A stretch of DNA of 64,000 nt from Anaeramoeba ignava BMAN (taxonomy: Eukaryota; Protista; Anaeramoebae), in contig JAPDFW010000084.1 in the NCBI GenBank assembly GCA_028826165.1, forward strand, positions 261,614-325,613, given 5' to 3'. How positions within the stretch are numbered: the first letter of the stretch is position 1; the number at the start of each line of letters is the position of its first letter. The translations under genes and the position numbers were made by a program. Of the stretch, positions 51,571 to 63,500 are shown one piece after another. The notes under the pieces were generated by a model. The model saw only the letters and a list, made by a program, of their open reading frames with translations. It ran no database searches and was not told the DNA's origin.

Positions 51571-53956
51571 TTAATTATCTGAACGATCTTTGTAATGAGT
51601 ATGTAAAAGATGGTGTGATTTGTGGGATAAAGGATGCTCCAAGAAAGTCTCGTAAAGTTTATTAATGGAAGAGTTTAAGTGGGACTTTCTCAACTCTTTG
51701 AAATCATCAATTTTATAAAGACCAGCCATTCTCTTTTGGAGATAATCATCAGCCAAAGATTTTGGCTCACCACCGCCACCGATGCAACCACCTTTGCAAA
51801 CCATGAACTCAACAAAATGGTGTTTTGCAAGACCTTCTTTGATCATTTTTAAGTATTTATGGATATTGACAGCACCGTGAACAACAGCCACTTTGAAGGG
51901 CATTCCGTTGAAATCGATCTCGGCCTCTTTGATCGTTTCAAAACCTCTCACTGGATTGAAATGGAGAGTAGGAAGAGGCTTGCCAGTGCCGAGTTCATAA
52001 GCAGTACGAAGAGCGGCCTCCATAACGCCGCCAGTATTACCGAAGATATCTGCTGCGCCTGAGGATTCACCGAGGGGATTGTCATGGGGATCTCAGGAAG
52101 GGAAGGAAATGAAATGTCGTTGAGCTTAATCAATTTGCCGAGTTCTCGTGTAGTAAGTACATAATCCGTCTCAGCAAGTCCAGAGTCTGTAAAGAGTTGT
52201 TTGCGTTTTGCTTCGTCTTTTTTCGCGGTGCAAGGCATAACGGAAACTGTGACAACATCTTCTGCCCGAATGCCTTTCATCTGTGCCCAGTAGTTTTTGA
52301 CCAATGATGACAGCATCCCTTGCGGTGATCGTGCGCTTGAAATATTGGGGATGAATTCGGGATACGACTTCTCAACCATATTGATCCATGCTGGGCAACA
52401 GGAGGTGAACATTGGAAGAACGCCGCCGTTTTTGACACGATCCAAAAGTTCCGAGCCTTCTTCCATGATTGTCAGATCCGCTGTGAAATTGGTGTCGAAA
52501 ACGGCATCTGCTCCTAAGCTCTTGATTGCAGAAACTAGCTTGCCTGTTGAGATTGTTCCTGGTTCCAATCCGAATTCTTCGCTGATCGCAACTCGTGTTG
52601 CTGGTGCTGTTTGAAAAACTACAATTTTTCCCTTCTTGTTGTGAAGAAGATCATTCACTTCCCGAACGCTAGAGTTCTCGGCTATTGCTCCAACTGGGCA
52701 ATAATATGAGCACTGTCCGCAGTTTATGCATTTTGTTTCGTAGATAGGTAAGTTGTTCGGTGTTTCTGGTGGTAGATCCGCTCCATTTGCTGGAATGCTT
52801 AATATTTTCATCCCTTGAAGTTCGTCACATGCTTTCACACATCGATAACAACGTATGCATTTTTCCATGTCACGAATGATTGATGGTGAACTGCGATCAA
52901 TTTCGTATTTTTGTTTTGATTTTGGTGGGAATTTATTTGGGACATCGTAGATGTAAATTAATTTTTGGAATTCGCATCTTCCGTTAGCCTTTTATAAATA
53001 TATATTTAAAATATTTATTTATATTTATTTATTTATTTATATTTATTTATTTGAATTTATTTATTTAAATTTATTTATTTATTTAAAAATATTTATTTAA
53101 ATTTATTTATTTAAATTTATTTATTTAAAAATATTTATTTGAATTTATTTATTTAAATTTATTTATTTAAATATATTTATTTAAATTTATTTATTTAAAT
53201 TTATTTATTTAAATTTATTTATTTAAATTTATTTATTTAAATTTATTTATTTAAATTTATTTATTTAAATTTATATATTTAAATTTATTTATTTAAATTT
53301 ATTTATTTAAATTTATTTAAATTTATTTATTTAAATTTATTTATTTAAATTTATTTATTTAAATTTATTTATTTAAATTTATATTTGAATTTATTTATTT
53401 AAATTTATTTATTTAAATTTATTTATTTAAATTTATTTATTTAAATTTATTTATTTAAATTTATTTATTTAAATTTATATTTGAATTTATTTATTTAAAT
53501 TTATATATTTAAATTTAAATTTATTTATTTAAATTTATTTGAATTTACCTCACAATTCATGCATTCTTGTGTATGATCAGCTAAAAGTAAAGCGAGATTA
53601 TGTTTAACAGCTTGTAATACATTATCTGAATTTGTGATAACATTCATTCCTTCTTTGACTTCAGTTGTGCAAGCTGTATATAATTTTCCAGTTTGATCAG
53701 TTTCAACTAAACAAAGTCTACATTGTGCTTGATTTGAAAGAAGAGGATGATGACAAAGTGTTGGAATAGGTACTGAATGTGTTTTGCAAGCTTCAAGAAT
53801 TGTTGTTCCTTTTTCTACTTCGCAAATTTTGTTGTTTAAGAAAAACATCACTTTGTTTTTACGATAATTTGGTATTGTTGTTGATAATTGTTTAGCAAGA
53901 ACTGATTTTGCTAAATTACTAAATGTTTGTCCTTTATTGAATGTTGTTCGTAACAT
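51571..53956 (-). CDS. hydA: Long-type (CpI-like) [FeFe]-hydrogenase with hydrogenosomal presequence; exons 53956-53549 and 52988-51571; apparent 1-nt deletion near 52087
   Basis: 2Fe2S (IPTLCHH...CRLCLVE...AC), His-ligated cluster (H-x3-C-x2-C-x5-C across the intron), two 4Fe4S (CIRCYRCVKAC, CINCGQCSYYCP), H-cluster motifs FTSCCPAW, MPCTAKKDE and EFMVCKGGCIGGGG. Confidence 0.95.
52995..53545. repeat. Intronic 14-mer repeat (TTTATTTATTTAAA)n
   Basis: Hydrogenase coding intron. Confidence 0.9.
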
Positions 53957-53966
53957 TTTGTTTTCT

Positions 53967-55160
53967 AATTTTTATTTTTTAATTTATATTTTAATTTATA
54001 TTTTAATTTGTATTTTAATTTATATTTTAATTTATATTTTAATTTATATTTTAATTTATATTTTAATTTATATTTTAATTTATATTTTAATTTATATTTT
54101 AATTTATATTTTAATTTATATTTTAATTTATATTTTAATTTTTGTTTCAATTTTTGTTTTAATTTATATTTTAATTTTTATTTTAATTTATATTTTAATT
54201 TATATTTTAATTTATATTTTAATTTTTGTTTTAATTTATATTTTAATTTATATTTTAATTTATATTTTAATTTATGTTTTAATTTATATTTTAATTTATA
54301 TTTTAATTTATGTTTTAATTTATATTTTAATTTATATTTTAATTTATATTTTTAATTTATATTTCAATTTATATTTTAATTTATATTTTAATTTATATTT
54401 TAAATTATATTTTAATTTATATTTTAAATTTTTGTTTTAATTTATATTTTAATTTTTGTTTCAATTTATATTTCAATTTTTATTTTTAATTTATATTTTT
54501 AATTTATATTTTAATTTATATTTTAATTTTTGTTTTAATTTATATTTTAATTTATATTTTAATTTATATTTTAATTTATATTTTTAATTTATATTTCAAT
54601 TTATATTTTAATTTATATTTTAATTTATATTTTAATTTATATTTTAATTTATATTTTAATTTATGTTTTAATTTATATTTTTAATTTATATTTTAATTTA
54701 TATTTTTAATTTATATTTTAATTTTTGTTTTAATTTATATTTCAATTTATATTTTAATTTATATTTTAATTTATATTTTAATTTATGTTTTGATTTTTGT
54801 TTCCAATTTTTGTTTTGATTTTTGTTTTAATTTTTGTTTTTAATTTATATTTTAATTTTTGTTTTAATTTATATTTTAATTTATATTTCAATTTATATTT
54901 TAATTTATATTTTAATTTTTGTTTTAATTTTTGTTTTAATTTATATTTTAATTTATATTTTAATTTATATTTTAATTTATATTTCAATTTATATTTTAAT
55001 TTATATTTTAATTTATATTTTAATTTATATTTTAATTTATATTTTAATTTTTGTTTCAATTTATATTTCAATTTATATTTTAATTTATATTTTAATTTAT
55101 GTTTCAATTTTTGTTTCAATTTTTGTTTCAATTTTTGTTTTAATTTTTGTTTTAATTTTT
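53967..55160. repeat. (TTTAATTTATAT)n 12-mer repeat, probably within a 5'-UTR intron of the hydrogenase
   Basis: Bounded on the minus strand by GTAAAT (55198) and TAG (53967-53965). Confidence 0.85.
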
Positions 55161-55330
55161 GTAATTAAATTTAAATTGGTTTTTTAATTTTTATTTACAT
55201 TTTAATAGGGATTATTTTTTTAGTAAAGAATTTTCTTTGATTTATAAAGAGAAGAAACGGAAAGAAATCAAAAAAAAATGAAAGAAAGAAAAAGAAAAAA
55301 AAATTTTTTTTAATTATTTTTTAATTCATA

Positions 55331-55360
55331 ATTTTGACTCATCATTTTGACTCATCATTT
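55331..55360. promoter_or_regulatory. Tandem 13-bp direct repeat containing two TGACTCA (AP-1/GCN4-like) sites
   Basis: ATTTTGACTCATC twice; TGACTCA at 55335-55341 and 55348-55354. Confidence 0.35.
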
Positions 55361-55419
55361 GATCAATAATTATTAATTAAAGAAAAAATAAGAAGAATAA
55401 GAAATATTTTTTCTTCTTT

Positions 55420-58400
55420 TTATCCTTTAAAAGCTTGTGCAATTTTATGAAATTGTTCAACAATAACAGGAAATAAAGAAGTATAAGATTCATGAATTAA
55501 TTCTTGAAAATATTTAACAGCATCTTCATTTGATAAATCAAGTTGATATTTTTGTTGAATTTTCATTAAACAATTTTCTTTATCTCTTGAAATATCTGGA
55601 ATATTTGCATCAAGCATTAAAGAGAAAAGATTAATAATTAAATTTGCTGATTTTCTTAAAATATTAAATGCTTCACAACAATATTTTTTAAATGATAAAA
55701 ATTCTTCACTATCTCGATCTCCCATTGCAACTACCATCTCTTTACTTAATTTGAATGGTGGTGGAAATGGTTTTGGATCTCTTCCAAGAATAAATCCAAA
55801 ATCAATATGAAATAAATGTCCATCTGGTGTTAATAATATATTATCTATTATTAAAATTATTATTAATATTATTAAAATTATTAATAAAAATTATTAAAAT
55901 TATTAATAAAATTATTATTAAAATTATTAATAAAATTATTAAAATTATTAATAAAATTATTATTAAAATTATTAAAATTATTAAAATTATTAAATTTATT
56001 ATTAAATTGATATTTTTTTTTATCTTAATTACCAAGATGCCGATCTCCAATTCCAAGAAGATAAGTAATAACACAATAACCAGCACAACTTTTAACATAA
56101 TTCTGAATAATTTTCTTCTCATCATTTCCATAATCACTATAAACATTTGAATATTTTTTCTTGAAATAATTTCTAATTGTTTTATATTTTTTCAAAATTT
56201 CAGCAACTGATTTAACATTTGGAACTTTTTCAATAAATCCAAAATTATTTGAAACAGCAAGAACCTTATAAGGAGTAAGTTCCAAATCCAAATCCTCTTT
56301 TTTAAGTAATTTATCCATTAAATTAATCATTTGGATTATTAATTGATCTTGTCTCATATCATCTCCCAATTTGATTATAGCTCCATAATTTTGGATTTCT
56401 TCTGTATTATTTAATTTTAAATTAAACGCAATTGGTTGAAGTGCACTTTTAAAAATATGACAAGTTTCTGGTAGAATTCCTGATATTTTCAAATTTGGAT
56501 TTAAAGGATCTCGAACTGGATCAAATGTATTTAATTTTAAAAATTGTTGTTGCAATGTTAAAGATTGTTTTAATTTGGTAATTTTCTTTGTTCTTGAGAC
56601 TTTTAATCCTTTAATATATTCTTGAAGTTTCATTAAATCATCAACATATTCTTTTTGTCTTTGTAACATTTTCATTCCATCAGGATCAAGTTTTGCCTAA
56701 AATATCGATATTTATTTGATTTCAAAAAAAAATCAATCAATTAAATCAATTAAATAAATAAATCAAATTTTTTTTTTCAATTTTTTTAAATATTTACGTT
56801 TTCTGCTTTAAAACTTGCAAGAACATTTGTAAACATATTACTATATTCTTTATCTTGTGTTTCAACACTTAAATACCAATAGAAATAACTTCCAAGAATT
56901 GGATTTTTTGTTGCACGTTCAATTAAAAAAGTTGTTAAATCACTTGTTATTGGGTTTTTTTCATATCTTATTGCTTGTACTAATTGTGGAAGGTATTCAA
57001 GCAATTCATCATCTACAGCCTCACGAAGTCTATCAACACCTAATTTTCTAACAACTGGAGATTGAAAAAACGAAGAAAGAAGCTCCAAAGCATTTGCTAT
57101 TTTAAAATTATTAATATTAAAATTAAAATTAAAATTAAAATTAAAATTAAAATTAAAATCAAAATTTAAATTAATATTTAAATTAATATTAAAATTAAAA
57201 TTTAAATTATAATTAAAATTAAAATTAAAATTAAAATAAAAATTAATATTAAAATTAATATTAAAATTTAAATTAATATTAAAATTAAAATTAAAATCAT
57301 AATTAAAAATTAAAATTAAAATTAAAATCAAAATTAAAATTAAAATTAAAATTAATATTAAAATTAAAATTAAAATTAAAATTAAAATTAAAATTAAAAT
57401 TAAAATTAAAATTAAAATTAAAATTAATATTAAAATTAATATTTAAATTTAAATTAATATTTAAATATTTACCAGGATCAATTTTTGCCCATTCAGTAAT
57501 TAATTCTTGGGCTTGTTTTTCTTCAGATTTATCTGTCCAATCTACACAACGAAGAAATTTAGTAAGAGCTTTTTTATTCTTTGTTAAAGAATAACGATAA
57601 GTCCAAATTAACTCTTTTTCATTATCAGTAAGAATTTTAGTAGGAGGTTGAGAAATAATTGCTTCAATTGTTTTAATTTCTTCAGAATTTGGTTTCAAAT
57701 TTCGATCAATTCCTGTTCTTCTTGATCGAGAAAGTTTTCTGTTTTTCATTTCGACTGGATTATCTTTAAACATTTCAGGATCCCAAAGACAATCATTCTC
57801 AACTCTTGAAGAACCTGATAGTAATGAAAGTGGTGGTAATGGTTCTTTTTGAAATTTTTCTTGAAAAATTACCATTTGTGGATAATATTTCATTGTTTCA
57901 TTAAGAATTATTTTTTTTCTAAATGTTGGAAATTCAACTAAAAGAAATATTCGTTTTTTTTCTTCACTATATTTATCAAATTCTTCATCAATTTTTTCCA
58001 TAATTGATGTGTCAAGCCAATTAACTTCAGGTTTTAATTGGAAAAAGATATCTCTTTTATGTCTTCTTAAAGACTAAATTTAATTTTTGATTTTGAATTT
58101 TAATTTTATAAATGAATTTTAATTTATTTTGATTTTAATTTTGATTTTAATTTTAATTTTATAAATGAATTTTAATTTTAATTTTAATTTTAATTTTAAT
58201 TTTGATTTTAATTTTAATTTTAATTTTAATTTTAATTTTAATTTTAATTTAAATATTAATTTTGATTTTAATTTTGATTTTAATTTTGATTTTGATTTTG
58301 ATTTTGATTTTGATTTTAATTTTGATTTAAATTTTGATTTTGATTTTTATATTTTGATTTTGATTTTGATTTTTATATTTTGATTTTAATTTTTATATTT

Positions 58401-60404
58401 TGATTTTGATTTTAATTTTAATTTTGATTTAAATTTTGATTTAAATTTTGATTTTATACTCTTTCTAATCTTCCAATTTGTTCTGTTTTTGGGATTAATC
58501 CTTGAGTTTCAATTTTTGTTGATCCATCACCTTTTTTATTTAAATAAATTAATAAATGATATTCTCCTCTTCTTAATTTCCGACTAAAATAAAAATAAAA
58601 ATTAAATTAAAATTTAAATATTAAATATTAATATTAAAATTACCTGTTATCTTTAAATAAAGATATAGACGTGCCTCCAATAATAAAATTAGCTCTTGGA
58701 GCAAAAAGATCATAAATTGTAAAAACAAGAACAGTATCTAAAGGACAATCACAATATTTCAATGGAAATTCAAGATTTTCATACCAAGAATAATCATCTA
58801 TAGGTTTATATCTTGTATGTTGACTAGAACATAAAGGTTTTCCAGCAGAATAAAGTTTAGCTTGAACAAAATAATTTGAAGGTTTACTATAAAATAAATT
58901 ATAAATAAAATTATAAATTAAATTATAAATAAAATTATAAATTAAATTATAAATAAAATTATAAATTAAATTATAAATAAAATTATAAATAAAATTATAA
59001 AATAAATTATAAATTAAATTATAAAATAAATTATAAATTAAATTATAAATAAAATTATAAATTAAATTATAAATTCAATTATAAATAAAATTATAAATTA
59101 AAAATTATAAATTAAATTATAAATAAAATTATAAATTAAATAAAATTATAAATAAAATTATAAATAAAATTATAAATAAAATTATAAATAAAATTATAAA
59201 TAAAATTATAAATAAAATTATAAATAAAATTATAAATAAAATTATAAATAAAATTATAAATAAAATTATAAATAAAATTATAAATAAAATTATAAATTAA
59301 ATTATAAATTAAAATTATAAATAAAAATATAAATAAAAATTATAAATTAAATTATAAATAAAATTATAAATTAAATTATAAATAAAATTATAAATTAAAT
59401 TATAAAATAAAATTATAAATAAAATTATAAATAAAATTATAAATAAAATTATAAATAAAATTATAAATTAAAATTATAAATAAAATTATAAATAAAAATA
59501 TAAATAAAATTATAAATTAAATTATAAATTAAATTATAAAATAAATTATAAATAAAATTAAATTATAAATAAAATTATAAATAAAAATTATAAATTAAAT
59601 TATAAATAAAATTATAAAATAAAATTATAAATTAAATTATAAATTAAATTATAAATTATAAATAAAATTATAAATAAAAAATTATAAAAAATAAAATTAA
59701 ATTATAAATAAAATATAAATAAAATTATAAATAAAATTATAAATAAAATTATAAATTAAAATTAAATTATAAATTAAATTATAAATAAAATTATAAATAA
59801 AATTATAAATAAAATTATAAAATAAAATATAAAAAAAATAAAATTATAAATTATAAATTAAATTATAAATTAAATTATAAATAAAATTATAAATAAAATT
59901 ATAAATAAAATTATAAATTAAAATTATAAATAAAATTATAAATAAAATTATAAATAAAATTATAAATAAAATTATAAATAAAATTATAAATAAAATTATA
60001 AATAAAATTATAAATAAAATTATAAATAAAATTATAAATAAATTTATAAATTAAATTATAAATAAAATTATAAATAAAATTATAAATAAAATTATAAATA
60101 AAATTATAATTGAAAATTGAATTATCAAAAATATTTTTTGTTTATACGTTGAATAAATATTTGAAAAAGGAAGAAATGGATTGCTCTCTAATTCTGGATA
60201 AGTTTTTTTCGGTATTGTTCCTTGAATTTTCTTTCTGTTTTATTATTATTTTTATTTAAAATTTTTTTCGCTTTTTTTTTTAAAATAAAAAAACAAAGTT
60301 TATTTTTACATTTTAATTGAAACACTTTGAGTAACATCTGAACTTGAAATAAAAGAGCATTGAAATTGTTGTTCATATAAATGAGCAGATCTTGTTTGAG
60401 ACAT
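55420..60404 (-). CDS. VPS34: Class III phosphatidylinositol 3-kinase Vps34, 8 exons
   Basis: C2 domain, [88 protein letters not shown]; seven GT-AG introns traced. Confidence 0.95.
58890..60110. repeat. 1.2-kb intronic repeat (ATAAAATTATAA)n
   Basis: Vps34 intron 2 (60147-58887). Confidence 0.95.
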
Positions 60405-60552
60405 AAAAAGAAAAAATGAAAAAAAAATGAAAAAATGAAAAATGAAAAAATGAAAAAATAAAATTTTTTTTTCATTTTTTTCTTTTCTTTTAAAAAAATT
60501 CTCATTTGTTATTTTTCCTTTCCTTTTCTTTTTTTTTTGATCATAAATTTCC

Positions 60553-63500
60553 ATGTCAAATGAAACAAACACAACAGATCCATTAGGCAAACCAATTAAA
60601 AATCTTTTAGCTAGTTCTGTAATGAACAAAACTGTTTTACAATTTGTTACAGAAAGAACAAAAATTGAAAATTCACACGCAGCAAAGTATAAGAAAGTAC
60701 CTACAAGTGGGAATTCTGAAAAAGCAAAATTAACAAAGTTTGTTTTTTTATTATTATTTTTTTTTTAATTTTTTTTTAATTAAAAAAGCAAAAAAAAATT
60801 TTTTTTATTCCGTTTTTCTTTTTTAAAAGACAAATTCAAAATGTTTTAGATACATTTTTAAATCAAGAAGATGTTGCTGCTGGTCATATTGCAAATTTTG
60901 CTGCAATTTTAGATGAACAAACTAAAGAGACATCAAAATTTTCTAAAGATTTTGAACAACAAATTGGAAAGGTTTATATTTTTTGAATTAAAATTAAAAT
61001 TAAAATTAAAATTCAAAATTAAAATTAAAATTAAAATTAAAATTAAAATTAAAATTAAAATTAAAATTAAAATCAAAATTCAAAATTAAAATTAAAATTA
61101 AAATTAAAATTAAAATTAAAATTAAAATTAAAATTAAAATTAAAATTAAAATTAAAATTAAAATTAAAATTAAAATTAAAATTAAAATTAAAATTAAAAT
61201 TAAATAAAATTAAAAATCAAAATTAAAATCAAAATTAAAATCAAAATTAAAATTAAAATTATAATTAAAATTAATTTAGATAATTATGAGATATAATAAG
61301 ATAAAATCTGAATTAGAAAAACAACAAGCAGATCTAACAAAAGCATGTGATAAATATCTACAAAAATCTGAAGAAGCAGAAAAAATTCAATATGATTTAG
61401 AACAAAAAACAGCAGGAAAAGGAACTAAAAAAGAGATTAACAAAGTAAGAACAATTAAATTATAAATTATAAATTATAAAATTATAAATTATAAAATTAA
61501 AAATTATAAATTATAAATTATAAAATTATAAAATTATAAATTATAAATTATAAATTATAAAATTATAAAATTATAAATTAAAAATTATAAATAATAAAAT
61601 AAATTATAAAATTATAAAATTATAAAATTAAAATTATAAATTATAAAAAAAGCTTCAAAACAAACATAGAGGATTACAAAGTCAAGTAAATTCAGCAGAC
61701 AAAGATTATCAAGTAATTTTTGAAAATTTTTCAGTAACTCAAAAATCATTTAAAGAACATGTTGATAAATTAAGCGACCAAATAACAAAACTTATGAGAG
61801 AAAGAATTTCACGTTTTCAAGAAACAATTAATAAAATTTGTGATTTAAGAGATGAATATTGTACATTAATTACTAAAAAAACTATTATTATCAATGAAAC
61901 AATCAATGCAATTAATCATGAAGAGGAAATTAAAAGTGTTATTCTAGAAAAGGGTGAACAAAAGAATTATCCAACATGTCCAGAGTTAGAATTATATGAT
62001 TTTAAAAAATTAAACGAAGAAAAAGAAAGGGTTTGTTTTATTTTTTAAAATTTTAATTTTGATATTAATTTTAATTTTAATTTTAATTTTAATTTTAATT
62101 TTTAATTTAAATTTTAATTTTAATTTTAATTTTGATTTTAATTTTAATTTTAATTTTAATTTTAATTTTAATTTTAATTTTAATTTTAATTTTAATTTTT
62201 AATTTTAATTTTAATTTTAATTTTAATTTTAATTTTAATTTTAATTTTAATTTTAATTTTAATTTTAATTTTAATTTTTAATTTTTAATTTTAATTTTAA
62301 TTTTAAATTTTAATTTTAATTTTAATTTTTTTTTAATTTTATTTTAATTTTAATTTTAATTTTAATTTTAATTTTAATTTTAATTTTAATTTTAATTTTA
62401 ATTTTAATTTTAATTTTAATTTTAATTTTATTAATTTTAATTTTAATTTTAATTTTAATTTTAATTTTAATTTTAATTTTAATTTTAATTTTAATTTTAA
62501 TTTTAATTTTAATATTAATTTTAATTTTAATTTTAATTTTAATTTTGATTTTAATTTAAATATTAATTTTAATTTTGTAGTTCGAAAAACAAGTAGAGAA
62601 AGTTGTAGATGTTAAAGAAGAAAAATCTCCACAAATCGAGAAAGTCATTCAAGAAAAGAAAGAAGAAAAAATTGAACCACAACAAATAACTCAACCACAA
62701 CAAACACAACAAATAACTCAACCAAAACAAGTAGAACAAGAAACACAACAAAATTACCAACAGCAACAAGCAAATACAGTTATGGCAAGAGCATTATATG
62801 ATTTTCATGATACTGATCCAAATTGTTTAGCTTTCTATGCTGGAGAAGAAATTGAAATTTTAGATCAAAGTGATCCTGGATGGTTTGTTTTTTTGATAAT
62901 AGATTGAAACAAAAATATTTTAAATTCAAAAATATTTAATTCAAAAATATTCAATTCCAAAAATATTTAATTTAAAAAATATTTAATTTAATTTCAAAAA
63001 TATTTAATCCAAAAATATTTAATTTAATTTCAAAAATATTTAATTTAATTCCAAAAATATTTAATTCAAAAATATTTAATCCAAAAATATTTAATTTCAA
63101 AAATATTTAATTTCAAAAATATTTAATTTCAAAAATATTTAATTTAAAAATATTTAATTTAAAAAATATTTTAATTCCAAAAATATTTAATTCCAAAAAT
63201 ATTTAATTCAAAAAATATTTAATTCCAAAAATATTTAAATTAATTTAAAAAATATTTTAATTTAATTTTAAAAATAATTAAATTTAATTCCAAAAATATT
63301 CAATTTCAAAAATAATTTAATTTCAAAAATATTTAATTTAATTCCAAAAATATTTAATTCAAAAATATTTAAATTCAAAAATATTTAATTTCGAAAATAA
63401 TTAATTTAAAAATATTTAATTTAAAAATATTTAATTTCCAAAAATATTTAATTTAAAAATAATTTAATCCAAAAATATTTTAATTCAATTTCAAAAATAT

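Noticed and set aside
41282-52614. Short plus-strand and alternate-frame ORFs overlapping LYST and the hydrogenase
   Set aside because: Shadow ORFs of long, GC-richer coding sequence with no recognisable motifs.
11206-58383. Low-complexity ORFs in the track (IIKF, ILIL, NFNF, KLKY, YFNL repeats)
   Set aside because: Stop-free frames of intronic or intergenic microsatellites, not genes.
41180-60404. Inteins in the large proteins
   Set aside because: No inserted Hint/LAGLIDADG block seen; the HNS near the LYST C-terminus is part of a WD40 repeat.
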